Position numbers and translations under genes: made by a program. 64,000 nt of DNA, from contig JBKAGP010000001.1 in NCBI GenBank assembly GCA_046290465.1, positions 416,001 through 480,000 of the forward strand. Direction: 5' to 3'. Shown one piece after another: positions 37,917 through 45,966 of the stretch. The notes below the pieces were generated by a model. That model was not told where the DNA came from, made no database searches, and was given only the letters and a program-made list of their open reading frames with translations. Numbering within the stretch: position 1 is the first letter of the stretch; every line of letters starts with the position of its first letter. The stretch is from Planctomycetota bacterium. GTDB taxonomy: Bacteria; Planctomycetota; UBA1135; UBA2386.

Positions 37917-39299
37917 GTGCAACGACCCTCCGCCAGCGTGCGCCTACTGCTCGCCGCCTGCCTGCTCGTGTGTGTCGGCCCGACGCCGGCGCAGGGCGCG
38001 ATCCCGATCGGCGACCCCGAAGGCCTGCCCGCGAAGCGGCGTGAGGTCGAACGGCACGGCATCACCTGGACGTTCGACAAGCCGTACGTCGTCGGCGCGT
38101 TCGCCAACGGTGATCCGTGGGTGATCGGGCCGGTCAAGGTGGTGGCGATCAGCCCGGAGACGACCGTCGAGGACGGCCGCGCGTTGCACGGCTCGATGGT
38201 CGATCCCGATCCGTCGACCGAGAACCAGGGCTACGACGGCGGCCTCTACGGCAACGGCACCAACGAACGTTACGTCGCGAAGCTCAACGTCGCGGTCGGC
38301 CTGTCCGCGAAGGCGCCGCTGCGGCTGCAGGCCGGCCAGAGCCTGGTCTCGGTCGAGAGCCGGCCGAAGACCGACGCGCCGCCGACGCTGCTGCGCGCGT
38401 CGGTGTTGACGGTGCTGGCGCGAAAGCCCGCGCCCGATGCCTTCCGGCCGCCGTACGTGAAGGGGGACGCCGCGACCAAGAAGCCGCGCTTCCGGGTCGC
38501 CGATCTCGACTTCCGCGCGCTGCAGAAGCTCGCTCCGGTCGGCGACGTGCCGCTGATCGAATCGGTCACGCGGCGGTTCGAGAAGCTGTGGCTCGACCAC
38601 GTGCCGGCGTGGGTCGCGCGCTACATGCACCCGCTCGAGAACATGCCCGACTACGGTCGCGACATCGCCGCGTTGGTCGGCAGCGCCGGGCTGATGCTCA
38701 ACCTCGACCTGCCGAAGAAGCGCAAGCAGGAGCTGTTGGTGCACTTCACGCAGCTCGGCATCGACAACCACGCCAAGCTGCTCGCCGGCTGCCGCTGGCA
38801 CGGCCTCGGCGGCCACGGCCACGGTCGCAAGCTGCCGATCCTGGTGGCCGGCCGCGTGCTCGGCGACGAGCGCATGCTGGCGGTCGGCAAGGACTACGTC
38901 AGCAAGCCGAAGCAGGCCGGCGGCAACGGCGGTTGGTTCGGCGAGGACACGCAGACGTTCTACGTGCGACGCACCGGCGACCGCGAGTGGAACTGGGGCT
39001 TTGGCAACTACACCGAAGAACACGAGGACCTGCCCGAATGGGGCTTCGCGCACGCCGACTCGCCGGACCGCGACGACCACCGCTGGGAGGGCAATCCCTA
39101 CCGTCGCTGCTGCACGGCCAATGGCTGGGTGGCGCAGTGCCTGACCGTTCGTGCGATGGGGCTGGTCGACGAGTGGAACCACCCGGCGTGGTTCGACTAC
39201 ATGGACCGCTACCAGCAGCACGAGCACGCCGAGGACTGGCACCGCAGCTGGGTGCCGTGGCACCCCGCGATGTGGGCGGCCTACCGCGACAAGTTCTGA
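37917..39299 (+). CDS. Secreted hypothetical protein (460 aa), possibly polysaccharide lyase-like
   Basis: Signal peptide (..PTPAQG|A), GITWTFD..VGAFANGDPWVIGP, Trp/Tyr/His-rich C-half WNHPAWFDYMDRY; TAGCCT-N6-GTG start. Confidence 0.75.
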   Translation: MQRPSASVRLLLAACLLVCVGPTPAQGAIPIGDPEGLPAKRREVERHGITWTFDKPYVVGAFANGDPWVIGPVKVVAISPETTVEDGRALHGSMVDPDPSTENQGYDGGLYGNGTNERYVAKLNVAVGLSAKAPLRLQAGQSLVSVESRPKTDAPPTLLRASVLTVLARKPAPDAFRPPYVKGDAATKKPRFRVADLDFRALQKLAPVGDVPLIESVTRRFEKLWLDHVPAWVARYMHPLENMPDYGRDIAALVGSAGLMLNLDLPKKRKQELLVHFTQLGIDNHAKLLAGCRWHGLGGHGHGRKLPILVAGRVLGDERMLAVGKDYVSKPKQAGGNGGWFGEDTQTFYVRRTGDREWNWGFGNYTEEHEDLPEWGFAHADSPDRDDHRWEGNPYRRCCTANGWVAQCLTVRAMGLVDEWNHPAWFDYMDRYQQHEHAEDWHRSWVPWHPAMWAAYRDKF

Positions 39300-39330
39300 G
39301 GCGCGGGCGATCCGACCGAGCGGGCCGGGC

Positions 39331-40248
39331 CTACGGCGCCGCCGCTTCGTCCGAAGGTCCGCGGCCGTGCGGGTGGGCCTGGTCGTAGACGTTGCGCAGC
39401 CGGCCGATCGAGACGTGGGTGTAGATCTCGGTGGTGACCAGCCGCGCGTGGCCGAGCAGTTCTTGCACGGTGCGCAGGTCGGCGCCGCGGTCGAGCAGGT
39501 GGGTGGCGAACGAGTGGCGCAGGCCGTGCGGCGTCAGCCGGGTCTGCAGGTCGGCCTGCCTGGCGCGCGCGACCACGGTCTCGAAGATCCAGCGCGCGCT
39601 GAGCCTCGTGCCGAGCCGGTTGAGCCACAGCGCGCCGTGGTCGGTGCGGCGGTTGTCGAGCAGGATCCGGCGCCGTGCCGGCAGCCACTGCCGGATCGCG
39701 TCGAGGGCCGGACCGCCGAGCATCGCGATGCGTTCCTTGCGGCCCTTGCCGAGCACGCGCGCGGTGCCTTCGTCGAGGTCGATCGCGCGGAGCTCCATGC
39801 CGGCGCACTCGCTGACGCGGCAGCCGGTCGAATACAGCGTCTCGAGGATGGCGCGGTCGCGCAGGCCCTGTGGCGAGTCGTCGAACGGCTGCGCCAGCAG
39901 CTTGTCGACCTCGGGTGTGGTCAGGAAGCGCGGCACGCGCTTGGGCGCCTTGGGCCCCTTGATCAGCTTGGCCGGGTCCTTGTCGATGTGCTCGTGCTGG
40001 TGCAGCCACGCGAACCAGCCGCGCACGCTGGCGAGCTTGCGCTGCACGCTGGTCGCCGCCAGCCCCTGTTCTTCGAGCTCGACCAGGTAGCGGCGCAGCT
40101 GCGTGCGGCGCACCGACGTCACCGGGGTCTGCTGCTGTTCGAGCCACTGCGCGAAGCCGCGCAGGTCGGCGCCGTAGGCGCGCAGCGTCGCGGCGCTCTT
40201 CTTGCGTTCGTTCTTCAAGAACGCCAGGTACGGGTCGAGCAGTTGCAC
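39331..40248 (-). CDS. xerC: Tyrosine recombinase XerC/XerD family
   Basis: GTG40248; TLRAYGADL, RDRAILETLYSTGCRVSE, GKGRKER, PHGLRHSFATHLL, VQELLGH, TTEIYTH. Confidence 0.9.
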   Translation of the reverse strand: MQLLDPYLAFLKNERKKSAATLRAYGADLRGFAQWLEQQQTPVTSVRRTQLRRYLVELEEQGLAATSVQRKLASVRGWFAWLHQHEHIDKDPAKLIKGPKAPKRVPRFLTTPEVDKLLAQPFDDSPQGLRDRAILETLYSTGCRVSECAGMELRAIDLDEGTARVLGKGRKERIAMLGGPALDAIRQWLPARRRILLDNRRTDHGALWLNRLGTRLSARWIFETVVARARQADLQTRLTPHGLRHSFATHLLDRGADLRTVQELLGHARLVTTEIYTHVSIGRLRNVYDQAHPHGRGPSDEAAAP

Positions 40249-40292
40249 GTTGTGTCGGTCGCAACAGACTGGCACACTCCCGCGCCCTTTGC

Positions 40293-41222
40293 ATGCCCTA
40301 CCTCGGTGAGATCGCGGCGCTGTCGACGGCGCTGTGCTGGCTCGGCAGCAGCCTGGCGTTCGCCGTCGCGGGGCGCGAAGCGGGGGCGCAGCCGCTGAAC
40401 CAGTTCCGGCTCTACGCGGCGCTGCCGATGCTGTGCCTGCTCGGCTTTGCGATGACCGGTGCGGTCTGGCCGGGCGACGCGTCGTGGTCGCGCGTCTCGC
40501 TGCTCGCGCTGTCCGGCGTGGTCGGGCTGGTGGTCGGCGACTACGGCTACTTCCACTCGCTGGCGACGATCGGGCCGCGGCTGGCGTCGGTGATCATGGC
40601 GCTGTGGCCGGCGTGCACGGTCGGCATCGATGCGCTGCGCGGCGAGGCGCCGTCGCCGGAGCAGGGCCTCGGGGTGCTGCTGACCGTGGTCGGGGTGACG
40701 CTGGTGCTGGCGCGCAGCCGCGGCGGGTCGTGGCGTCCGGACCTCAGCAGGCGGCAGTGGACGATCGGCGTGCTCGGCGCGCTGGTCGGCGCGCTCGGCC
40801 AGGCGGCGGGCTTCGTGATGGCGCGCGCGGCGATGGCACCGGCTGCGGACCTGCCGACGGGGGTCGACCCGCTGCTGGCGACGATCGTGCGCATGGGCGC
40901 GGCGACGGTGGGCATGCAGCTGGTCGTGGTGCTGCAGCGCCGGCCGTTCGCGATGCGCAAGATCTGGCAGGTCCGCAAGGCGCTGGGGGCGGCGCTGGTC
41001 GGCACGCTGTGCGGTCCGGTCGTCGGCGTCTGGATGTCGATGGTCGCCGGCGCCAACGCGCGGGACGCCGGCGTCGCCGCCGCGCTGATGGGCACCACGC
41101 CGGTGTTCATGCTGCCGGTGACGGTGTGGCTCTACCGCGCGCGGGTCGGTCCGCTCGGAGTGATCGGCACGCTGCTCGCAGTGGCCGGCGTCGCAGTGTG
41201 CTTCGTGCGCGGCGGCGGCTAG
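40293..41222 (+). CDS. DMT/EamA family transporter
   Basis: About 10 TM in two repeats; GEIAAL, SGVVGLVVGD. Confidence 0.88.
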   Translation: MPYLGEIAALSTALCWLGSSLAFAVAGREAGAQPLNQFRLYAALPMLCLLGFAMTGAVWPGDASWSRVSLLALSGVVGLVVGDYGYFHSLATIGPRLASVIMALWPACTVGIDALRGEAPSPEQGLGVLLTVVGVTLVLARSRGGSWRPDLSRRQWTIGVLGALVGALGQAAGFVMARAAMAPAADLPTGVDPLLATIVRMGAATVGMQLVVVLQRRPFAMRKIWQVRKALGAALVGTLCGPVVGVWMSMVAGANARDAGVAAALMGTTPVFMLPVTVWLYRARVGPLGVIGTLLAVAGVAVCFVRGGG

Positions 41223-41337
41223 GAGCGTGTCCATGTAGTGGACGCGCTGCCGACCGTGATCGCGGAAGCGGCGTGTACGCCTGCGGACGGGGCTTTGCCC
41301 GCTAGGAAGCGGCCCGCAGCCGCGTGGCCGCAGCGGT

Positions 41338-42204
41338 CTACAGGCGCAGCGACAGCAGCCGTTCGATGCGGGCCTCGGTCGGCGGGTGGGTCGAGAACAG
41401 GTTGGCGAGGCTGGCGCCGCGGCCGCGCAGGTTGGCCAGCGGGTTGACGATCGCGAGGCTGGTCGTGACCGGCTCGGGGCGGCCGGCGCCGCGCTGCACG
41501 ATCTGCTGGCCGTAGCTCTGCAGCTTGCGCAGAGCGTCGGCGAGCGCCTGCGGGTCGCGCGTCAGCCGCGCCGCGTACTCGTCGGCGTGGAACTCGCGCG
41601 AGCGGCTGATGCCGGCCTGGATCATCACCGCGCCGATCGGCGCCACCAACGAGAACAGCAGCGCGCCGAGGCCGCCGCCGTCGTCGTCGTCCGAGGACAT
41701 GCCGCCGAGCAGCGCGTTCCACTGCACCATCTGGGCGACGAACGAGATCGCGCCGGCGCCGGCCGCGGCGATCGTCGCGATCAGGGTGTCGCGGTGCTTG
41801 ACGTGGGCGAGTTCGTGCGCGATCACGCCGCGCAGTTCGCGCGCGTCGACCAGCTGCATCAGGCCCTCGGTGACGGCGACCACGGCGCGCTCGGGGCTGC
41901 GGCCGGTGGCGAACGCGTTGGGGGTCGCGTCGGGCACCACGGCCACCCGCGGCATCGGCAGGCCGGCCTTGGTGGCGAGCTCCTCGACCATGCCGAACAG
42001 GGCCGGCGCCTGGTGGCGTTCGAGGACCTGGGCGCGGCTCATGCGCAGCACGAGCTTGTCCGAGTAGAGGAACGCGCCGACGTTCATCACGATCGCGATG
42101 GCGGCGGCGAGGTAGAGCCCGGCCGGACTGATCAGTCCGCCGATCGTGATGATCAGCGCGGACAGCGCGCCGAGCAGCAGGATGGTCTTGAGCTGGTTGG
42201 GCAT
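41338..42204 (-). CDS. htpX: Zinc metalloprotease HtpX (M48)
   Basis: ATG42204; PNAFATGR, AHELAH (HEXXH), ISRSREFHAD, FSTHPP. Confidence 0.95.
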   Translation of the reverse strand: MPNQLKTILLLGALSALIITIGGLISPAGLYLAAAIAIVMNVGAFLYSDKLVLRMSRAQVLERHQAPALFGMVEELATKAGLPMPRVAVVPDATPNAFATGRSPERAVVAVTEGLMQLVDARELRGVIAHELAHVKHRDTLIATIAAAGAGAISFVAQMVQWNALLGGMSSDDDDGGGLGALLFSLVAPIGAVMIQAGISRSREFHADEYAARLTRDPQALADALRKLQSYGQQIVQRGAGRPEPVTTSLAIVNPLANLRGRGASLANLFSTHPPTEARIERLLSLRL

Positions 42205-42250
42205 GTGCCCGGTCCTGTTAGGTCGGGCGGCGCGAGGATTCAAAGATCGT

Positions 42251-42337
42251 CGCGCTGGCTGCGTCGTCGCGAAGCGCCGCGCTTGGCTGCGTCGTCGCAG
42301 AGCGCCGCGCTGGCTGCGTCGTCGCTCAGAGCGCCGC
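42251..42337. repeat. 3 x ~27-29-bp tandem repeat CGCGC(T)TGGCTGCGTCGTCGC..AGCGC overlapping the aminotransferase stop
   Basis: Units start at 42251, 42278, 42306; the third contains the stop at 42326-42328. Confidence 0.85.
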
Positions 42338-43393
42338 CAGGAAGGCCTCGAGGCGGGCCTGGTCGTGGTCGCCCATGTGGCCGACCCGGAACGCCTTGCC
42401 CTTCAGGTCGCCGTAGCCCTTGTCCATCTTGAAGCCCGCGGCGGCGGCGCGTTCGGCCATCGCGCCGACGTCGGCGCCGTTGGCGTCGATGCAGCTGACG
42501 GTCGGCGAGCGGTGGGCGGCCTCCTGCACGAACGGCGTGTAGCCGCGGCCCTCGGCCCAGCCGAGCGTGTGCGCCTGCAGGTCGAGGTGGCGCTGCCAGC
42601 GGTTCTCGAGGCCTTCTTCGTGGATGCGCTGCAGCTGGCGCTGCAGCGCGTAGACCAGCGGCACGCACGGCGTCGCGGTCGGCTTGCCCGAGACGGTGTC
42701 CGGCACCGCCTGGACCAGGTCGAACAGGAAGCCGCGCTCGTCGACCGTCGCGGCGCGCTGCAGGGCGCGGTCGCTGGCGGCGTAGACGCCGAGGCCGGGG
42801 GGCAGCGCCAGGCACTTCTGGGTGCCGGCGAACGCCCAGTCGAGGCCCCAGTCGTCGAAGCGCAGCTCGGCGCCGGCGAGGCTGGTGACGACGTCGACCA
42901 TGAGCATCGCGTCCGGTGCGTGTTCGCGCGCGGTGGCGGCGAGGTCCCGCAGCGGCTGGATCACGCCGGTCGAGGTCTCGTTGTGGGTGATGCAGACCGC
43001 GGCGGTGTCCGGGTGCTGCTGCAGGTGCTGCGCCAGTTCGTCGGTGCTGTGCGCCTGGCCCATCGGGCGCTCGATCGCGACCGCCTCGCGACCGCACGCC
43101 TTGCTGACCTTGTGCCAGCGCTTGCCGAACGCGCCGCCGACCAGGTGCAGCGTCTTGCTGCCGCGCGGCACGAAGTTGCGGATGCCGGCCTCCATCAGCG
43201 CGGTGCCGGGGCAGGTCTCGAACGCCGCGTTCTGTTCGGTCAGGAACAGCGGCTGCAGGTACTTGCAGACGTCCTGCACGGTCGCGACGAACTTCGGGTC
43301 GCGATGGCCGAGCAGCGGCATCGACATGATCTGTCGGAGTTCTTCGTCGACCTCGGTCGGACCGGGGATGAACAGCACGGGGGAGTCGCCCAT
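42326..43393 (-). CDS. Class V PLP aminotransferase (alanine-glyoxylate/serine-pyruvate family); probable phosphoserine aminotransferase substitute
   Basis: LFIPGPTEV, GHR, HNETSTG, DVVTS, GTQKCLALPPG, FRVGHMG. Confidence 0.9.
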   Translation of the reverse strand: MGDSPVLFIPGPTEVDEELRQIMSMPLLGHRDPKFVATVQDVCKYLQPLFLTEQNAAFETCPGTALMEAGIRNFVPRGSKTLHLVGGAFGKRWHKVSKACGREAVAIERPMGQAHSTDELAQHLQQHPDTAAVCITHNETSTGVIQPLRDLAATAREHAPDAMLMVDVVTSLAGAELRFDDWGLDWAFAGTQKCLALPPGLGVYAASDRALQRAATVDERGFLFDLVQAVPDTVSGKPTATPCVPLVYALQRQLQRIHEEGLENRWQRHLDLQAHTLGWAEGRGYTPFVQEAAHRSPTVSCIDANGADVGAMAERAAAAGFKMDKGYGDLKGKAFRVGHMGDHDQARLEAFLAAL

Positions 43394-43415
43394 GCCGCAA
43401 GCTTCTTGCTTCGGC

Positions 43416-44138
43416 TCACGAAAGCAACGAAGTGAAGCGCGGTTCGGCGCGCAGCTTCGCCTGTTCGTCGTCGCTCAGCAGCAGCGGCAGGATCGCGGCC
43501 AGCGACGGGCCGTCGACGAAGTGCTCGGCGCCGGCGCGCACCGCGTCGCGTGCGACCACGCCGCCGAAGCCGACGAAGCGGGCCACGTGGTCCTTGGTCT
43601 CGAGGTCGGTGATGCCGTCGCCGACGAACGCCATCGGATGGTGGGCGGCGGGGGCGTTCTCGACGACCGGGATCTTGCCGCCGTTCTGCCACAGCGGCGA
43701 GTCGTGGTCGAAGTCGACGTAGTCGCCCTGCTGGTCGAAGATCAGCGGCACCGCGTGCACGTGTTCGGTCGGCACGCCGAGGTGGCGCGCGAGGTGCTGC
43801 ACCGGCACCAGCAGGCCGCCGGAGACGATGCCGACGTGCTTGCCGCAGAACTGCAGCGCCGCGATGGTGGCCTCGCCGTCCGCGACGACGTTGGCGACGT
43901 AGTGGCCCCCGACCTCGTCGAGCTGCGCGCGCTTGGGCGCGAGCTTGCGCAGTCGGGTCTCGTAGACCTCGGCAAGCGGCAGCGTGCCGTCCATCGCCTG
44001 CGAAGTCAGCTCGGCGATGTCCCGCCGCAGCGCCGGATCGGCGAACTGCAGCAGCTCGTCGACCCCTTCGATCGACGACAGCGTCGAATCACAATCGAAG
44101 TAGACAGCAGCAAACGGCGGCCCGGATCGAGTTCCCAC
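43416..44138 (-). CDS. serB: HAD-IB phosphoserine phosphatase
   Basis: FDCDSTL, IDE-like VDEL, AMDG, VSGG, GK, VGDGITD; next to serA. Confidence 0.85.
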   Translation of the reverse strand: MGTRSGPPFAAVYFDCDSTLSSIEGVDELLQFADPALRRDIAELTSQAMDGTLPLAEVYETRLRKLAPKRAQLDEVGGHYVANVVADGEATIAALQFCGKHVGIVSGGLLVPVQHLARHLGVPTEHVHAVPLIFDQQGDYVDFDHDSPLWQNGGKIPVVENAPAAHHPMAFVGDGITDLETKDHVARFVGFGGVVARDAVRAGAEHFVDGPSLAAILPLLLSDDEQAKLRAEPRFTSLLS

Positions 44139-44144
44139 CCCCGC

Positions 44145-44150
44145 ACCCTA
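44145..44150 (-). promoter_or_regulatory. -10 element TAGGGT 6 nt before the serB GTG (putative leaderless start)
   Basis: TAGGGT-gcgggg-GTG. Confidence 0.55.
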
Positions 44151-44285
44151 CCGTCGGCACGTTCGGTTCCGCGACAAATCCTCGCGGATCCACCCGTCGC
44201 GTTCTCCAGGGACAGAGGCCGTCGGATCCGCCGAGCAGGTCGGGGGCGCGTGGTCCGCAAGGGGTGCTCCCGGAGCCAGGCTGTT

Positions 44286-44355
44286 GGACCGGACTATCGG
44301 ACCGGACTATCGGGCTGGGTTATCGGACCGGGTTATCGGACCGGGTTATCGGACC
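44286..44355. repeat. 5 x 13-bp tandem repeat, consensus GGACCGG(AC/GT)TATC, overlapping the serA stop
   Basis: Units start at 44286, 44299, 44312 (degenerate), 44325, 44338; TAA of serA at 44346-44348. Confidence 0.9.
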
Positions 44356-45920
44356 AGGCGGGCTTGTTCGATGGAGTCGATGGCGCGGACCTGCTCGACC
44401 AGGGCGTCGGTGGCGTCGCCCTCGAGGTTGAGGATGCCCAGTGCGGTGGTCTTGTCCTTGCTCTGGCCGATCTGCATGCGCGAGATGTTGCAGCCGGCGT
44501 TGCCGATGACGGTGCCGAGCTTGCCGACGACGCCGGGCTCGTCCTTGTGGAACGTCACGATCATCGGCCCTTCCGGGATGGCGTCGAGCACGTAGTCGTC
44601 GAGCTGCACCATGCGGCCGTGCTTGTGGCCGAGCACCGTGCCGCTGGCGAAGTGGCGCTGCTCGTCGATCACGCACTCGACCCGCAGCAGGCTCATGAAG
44701 TCGCGCTTCATCGTCGACGCGTCGCAGTGGGTGCGCACGTTGCGCTCCTCGGCGATGCGCTCGGCGTTGACCGGCGTGACCGGGCCGGTCGTCGACGGCT
44801 GCAGCGCGCCGGCGAGCGTCGCGACGGTCAGCGCCTTGTGGGCCGAGGCCGGCACGCCGCCCTGCACCGTCAGGCGCACCGACTGCAGCTGGCCCGAGAA
44901 CGTCTGCGTCAGCACCGACGCGAGGTTGCGCGCCAGGTCCATGTAGGGGCCGATCTGGGCGGCGTCGGCCGGCGACACGCGGGCGACGTTGACGCCGTTG
45001 AGCACGACGCCCTTCTTGACCACCAGTTCGATCTGCCGCGCCATGTCGCGCGACACGTAGCGCTTGGCCTCGGCCGTGCTGGCGCCGAGGTGCGGCGTCA
45101 GCACCAGGTTGGGCGCCGAGCGCAGCGGGCTGTCCTCGGCCAGCGGCTCGGACTCGAACACGTCGAGCGCGGCGCCGGCGAGGTGGCCCTCGGTGAGCGC
45201 CTCGACCAGACCCCGCTCGCAGACGATGCCGCCGCGCGCGGCGTGCACCAGCCGGGCGCCCTTCTTCATCGCGAACAGGCGATCGCGGTCGAGCAGGTGG
45301 CGGGTCTTGTCCATCAGCGGCACGTGCACCGTGACGAAGTCGCTGGTCGCCAGCAGCTCGTCGAGGTCGAGCATGCGCACACCCTCGGGCGCGTTGGCCT
45401 GGGTGACGAACGGATCGTACGCCGCGATCGTCATGCCGAGGCCGCGGCACTTGTCGGCGGCGATCCGCCCGATGCGGCCGAGGCCGACCACGCCGAGCTG
45501 CTTGTCCTGCAGCTCGACGCCGGTGAACTTCGACTTCTCCCACTTGCCGGCGCGCACCGACGCGTCGGCCGCCGGGATCTTGCGCGCCAGGCTCATCAGC
45601 AGCGCGACCGCGTGCTCGGCGGTGGTGACGGTGTTGGCCTCGGGCGTGTTCATCACCGCGATGCCGCGCGCGGTGCAGGCCGGCACGTCGATGTTGTCGA
45701 CGCCGATGCCGGCGCGGCCGACCACCGCCAGGTCGTCGGCCAGCTCGAGGCTCTTCGCGGTGACGGTCGTCGCCGAGCGGACCACCAGCACCTGGTAGCC
45801 CGGCAGCGTCTCGCGCAGGGTCGCTTCGTCCATGCCGGTCTTGAGCGTCACGTCGCCGCAGTCGCGCAGCATCGCCATGCCTTCGTCGCCCAGATCGTCG
45901 GCAACCAGGATCTTCGTCAT
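44346..45920 (-). CDS. serA: D-3-phosphoglycerate dehydrogenase (with ASB and ACT domains)
   Basis: VRSAT, RAGIGVDNID, GLGRIG, ARGG, LDVFESEP, TPHLGASTAEA, C-terminal ACT DEPGVVG. Confidence 0.96.
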   Translation of the reverse strand: MTKILVADDLGDEGMAMLRDCGDVTLKTGMDEATLRETLPGYQVLVVRSATTVTAKSLELADDLAVVGRAGIGVDNIDVPACTARGIAVMNTPEANTVTTAEHAVALLMSLARKIPAADASVRAGKWEKSKFTGVELQDKQLGVVGLGRIGRIAADKCRGLGMTIAAYDPFVTQANAPEGVRMLDLDELLATSDFVTVHVPLMDKTRHLLDRDRLFAMKKGARLVHAARGGIVCERGLVEALTEGHLAGAALDVFESEPLAEDSPLRSAPNLVLTPHLGASTAEAKRYVSRDMARQIELVVKKGVVLNGVNVARVSPADAAQIGPYMDLARNLASVLTQTFSGQLQSVRLTVQGGVPASAHKALTVATLAGALQPSTTGPVTPVNAERIAEERNVRTHCDASTMKRDFMSLLRVECVIDEQRHFASGTVLGHKHGRMVQLDDYVLDAIPEGPMIVTFHKDEPGVVGKLGTVIGNAGCNISRMQIGQSKDKTTALGILNLEGDATDALVEQVRAIDSIEQARLVR

Positions 45921-45966
45921 CTCGTCGGGTGGTGGGGTCTCGGTGCGTGGGTGGTCTCGGTCGGGC

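Noticed and set aside
35960..38137. 725-aa ORF suggesting a giant sigma-factor fusion
   Set aside because: The upstream part overlaps eda and the DUF2946-like gene in other frames and is low-complexity; the sigma domain begins near ATG36478.
39331..40248. Phage or ICE integrase
   Set aside because: Size and motifs match housekeeping XerC/D, and the flanking genes are not mobile-element genes.
40270..40292. TGGCAC...TTTGC sigma54-like site before the EamA gene
   Set aside because: Spacing between GG and GC is far longer than the strict 10 nt.
41223..41337. Multi-hairpin region resembling a small ncRNA or tRNA between EamA and htpX
   Set aside because: No T-loop or D-loop consensus; more simply explained as terminator-like hairpins between convergent genes.
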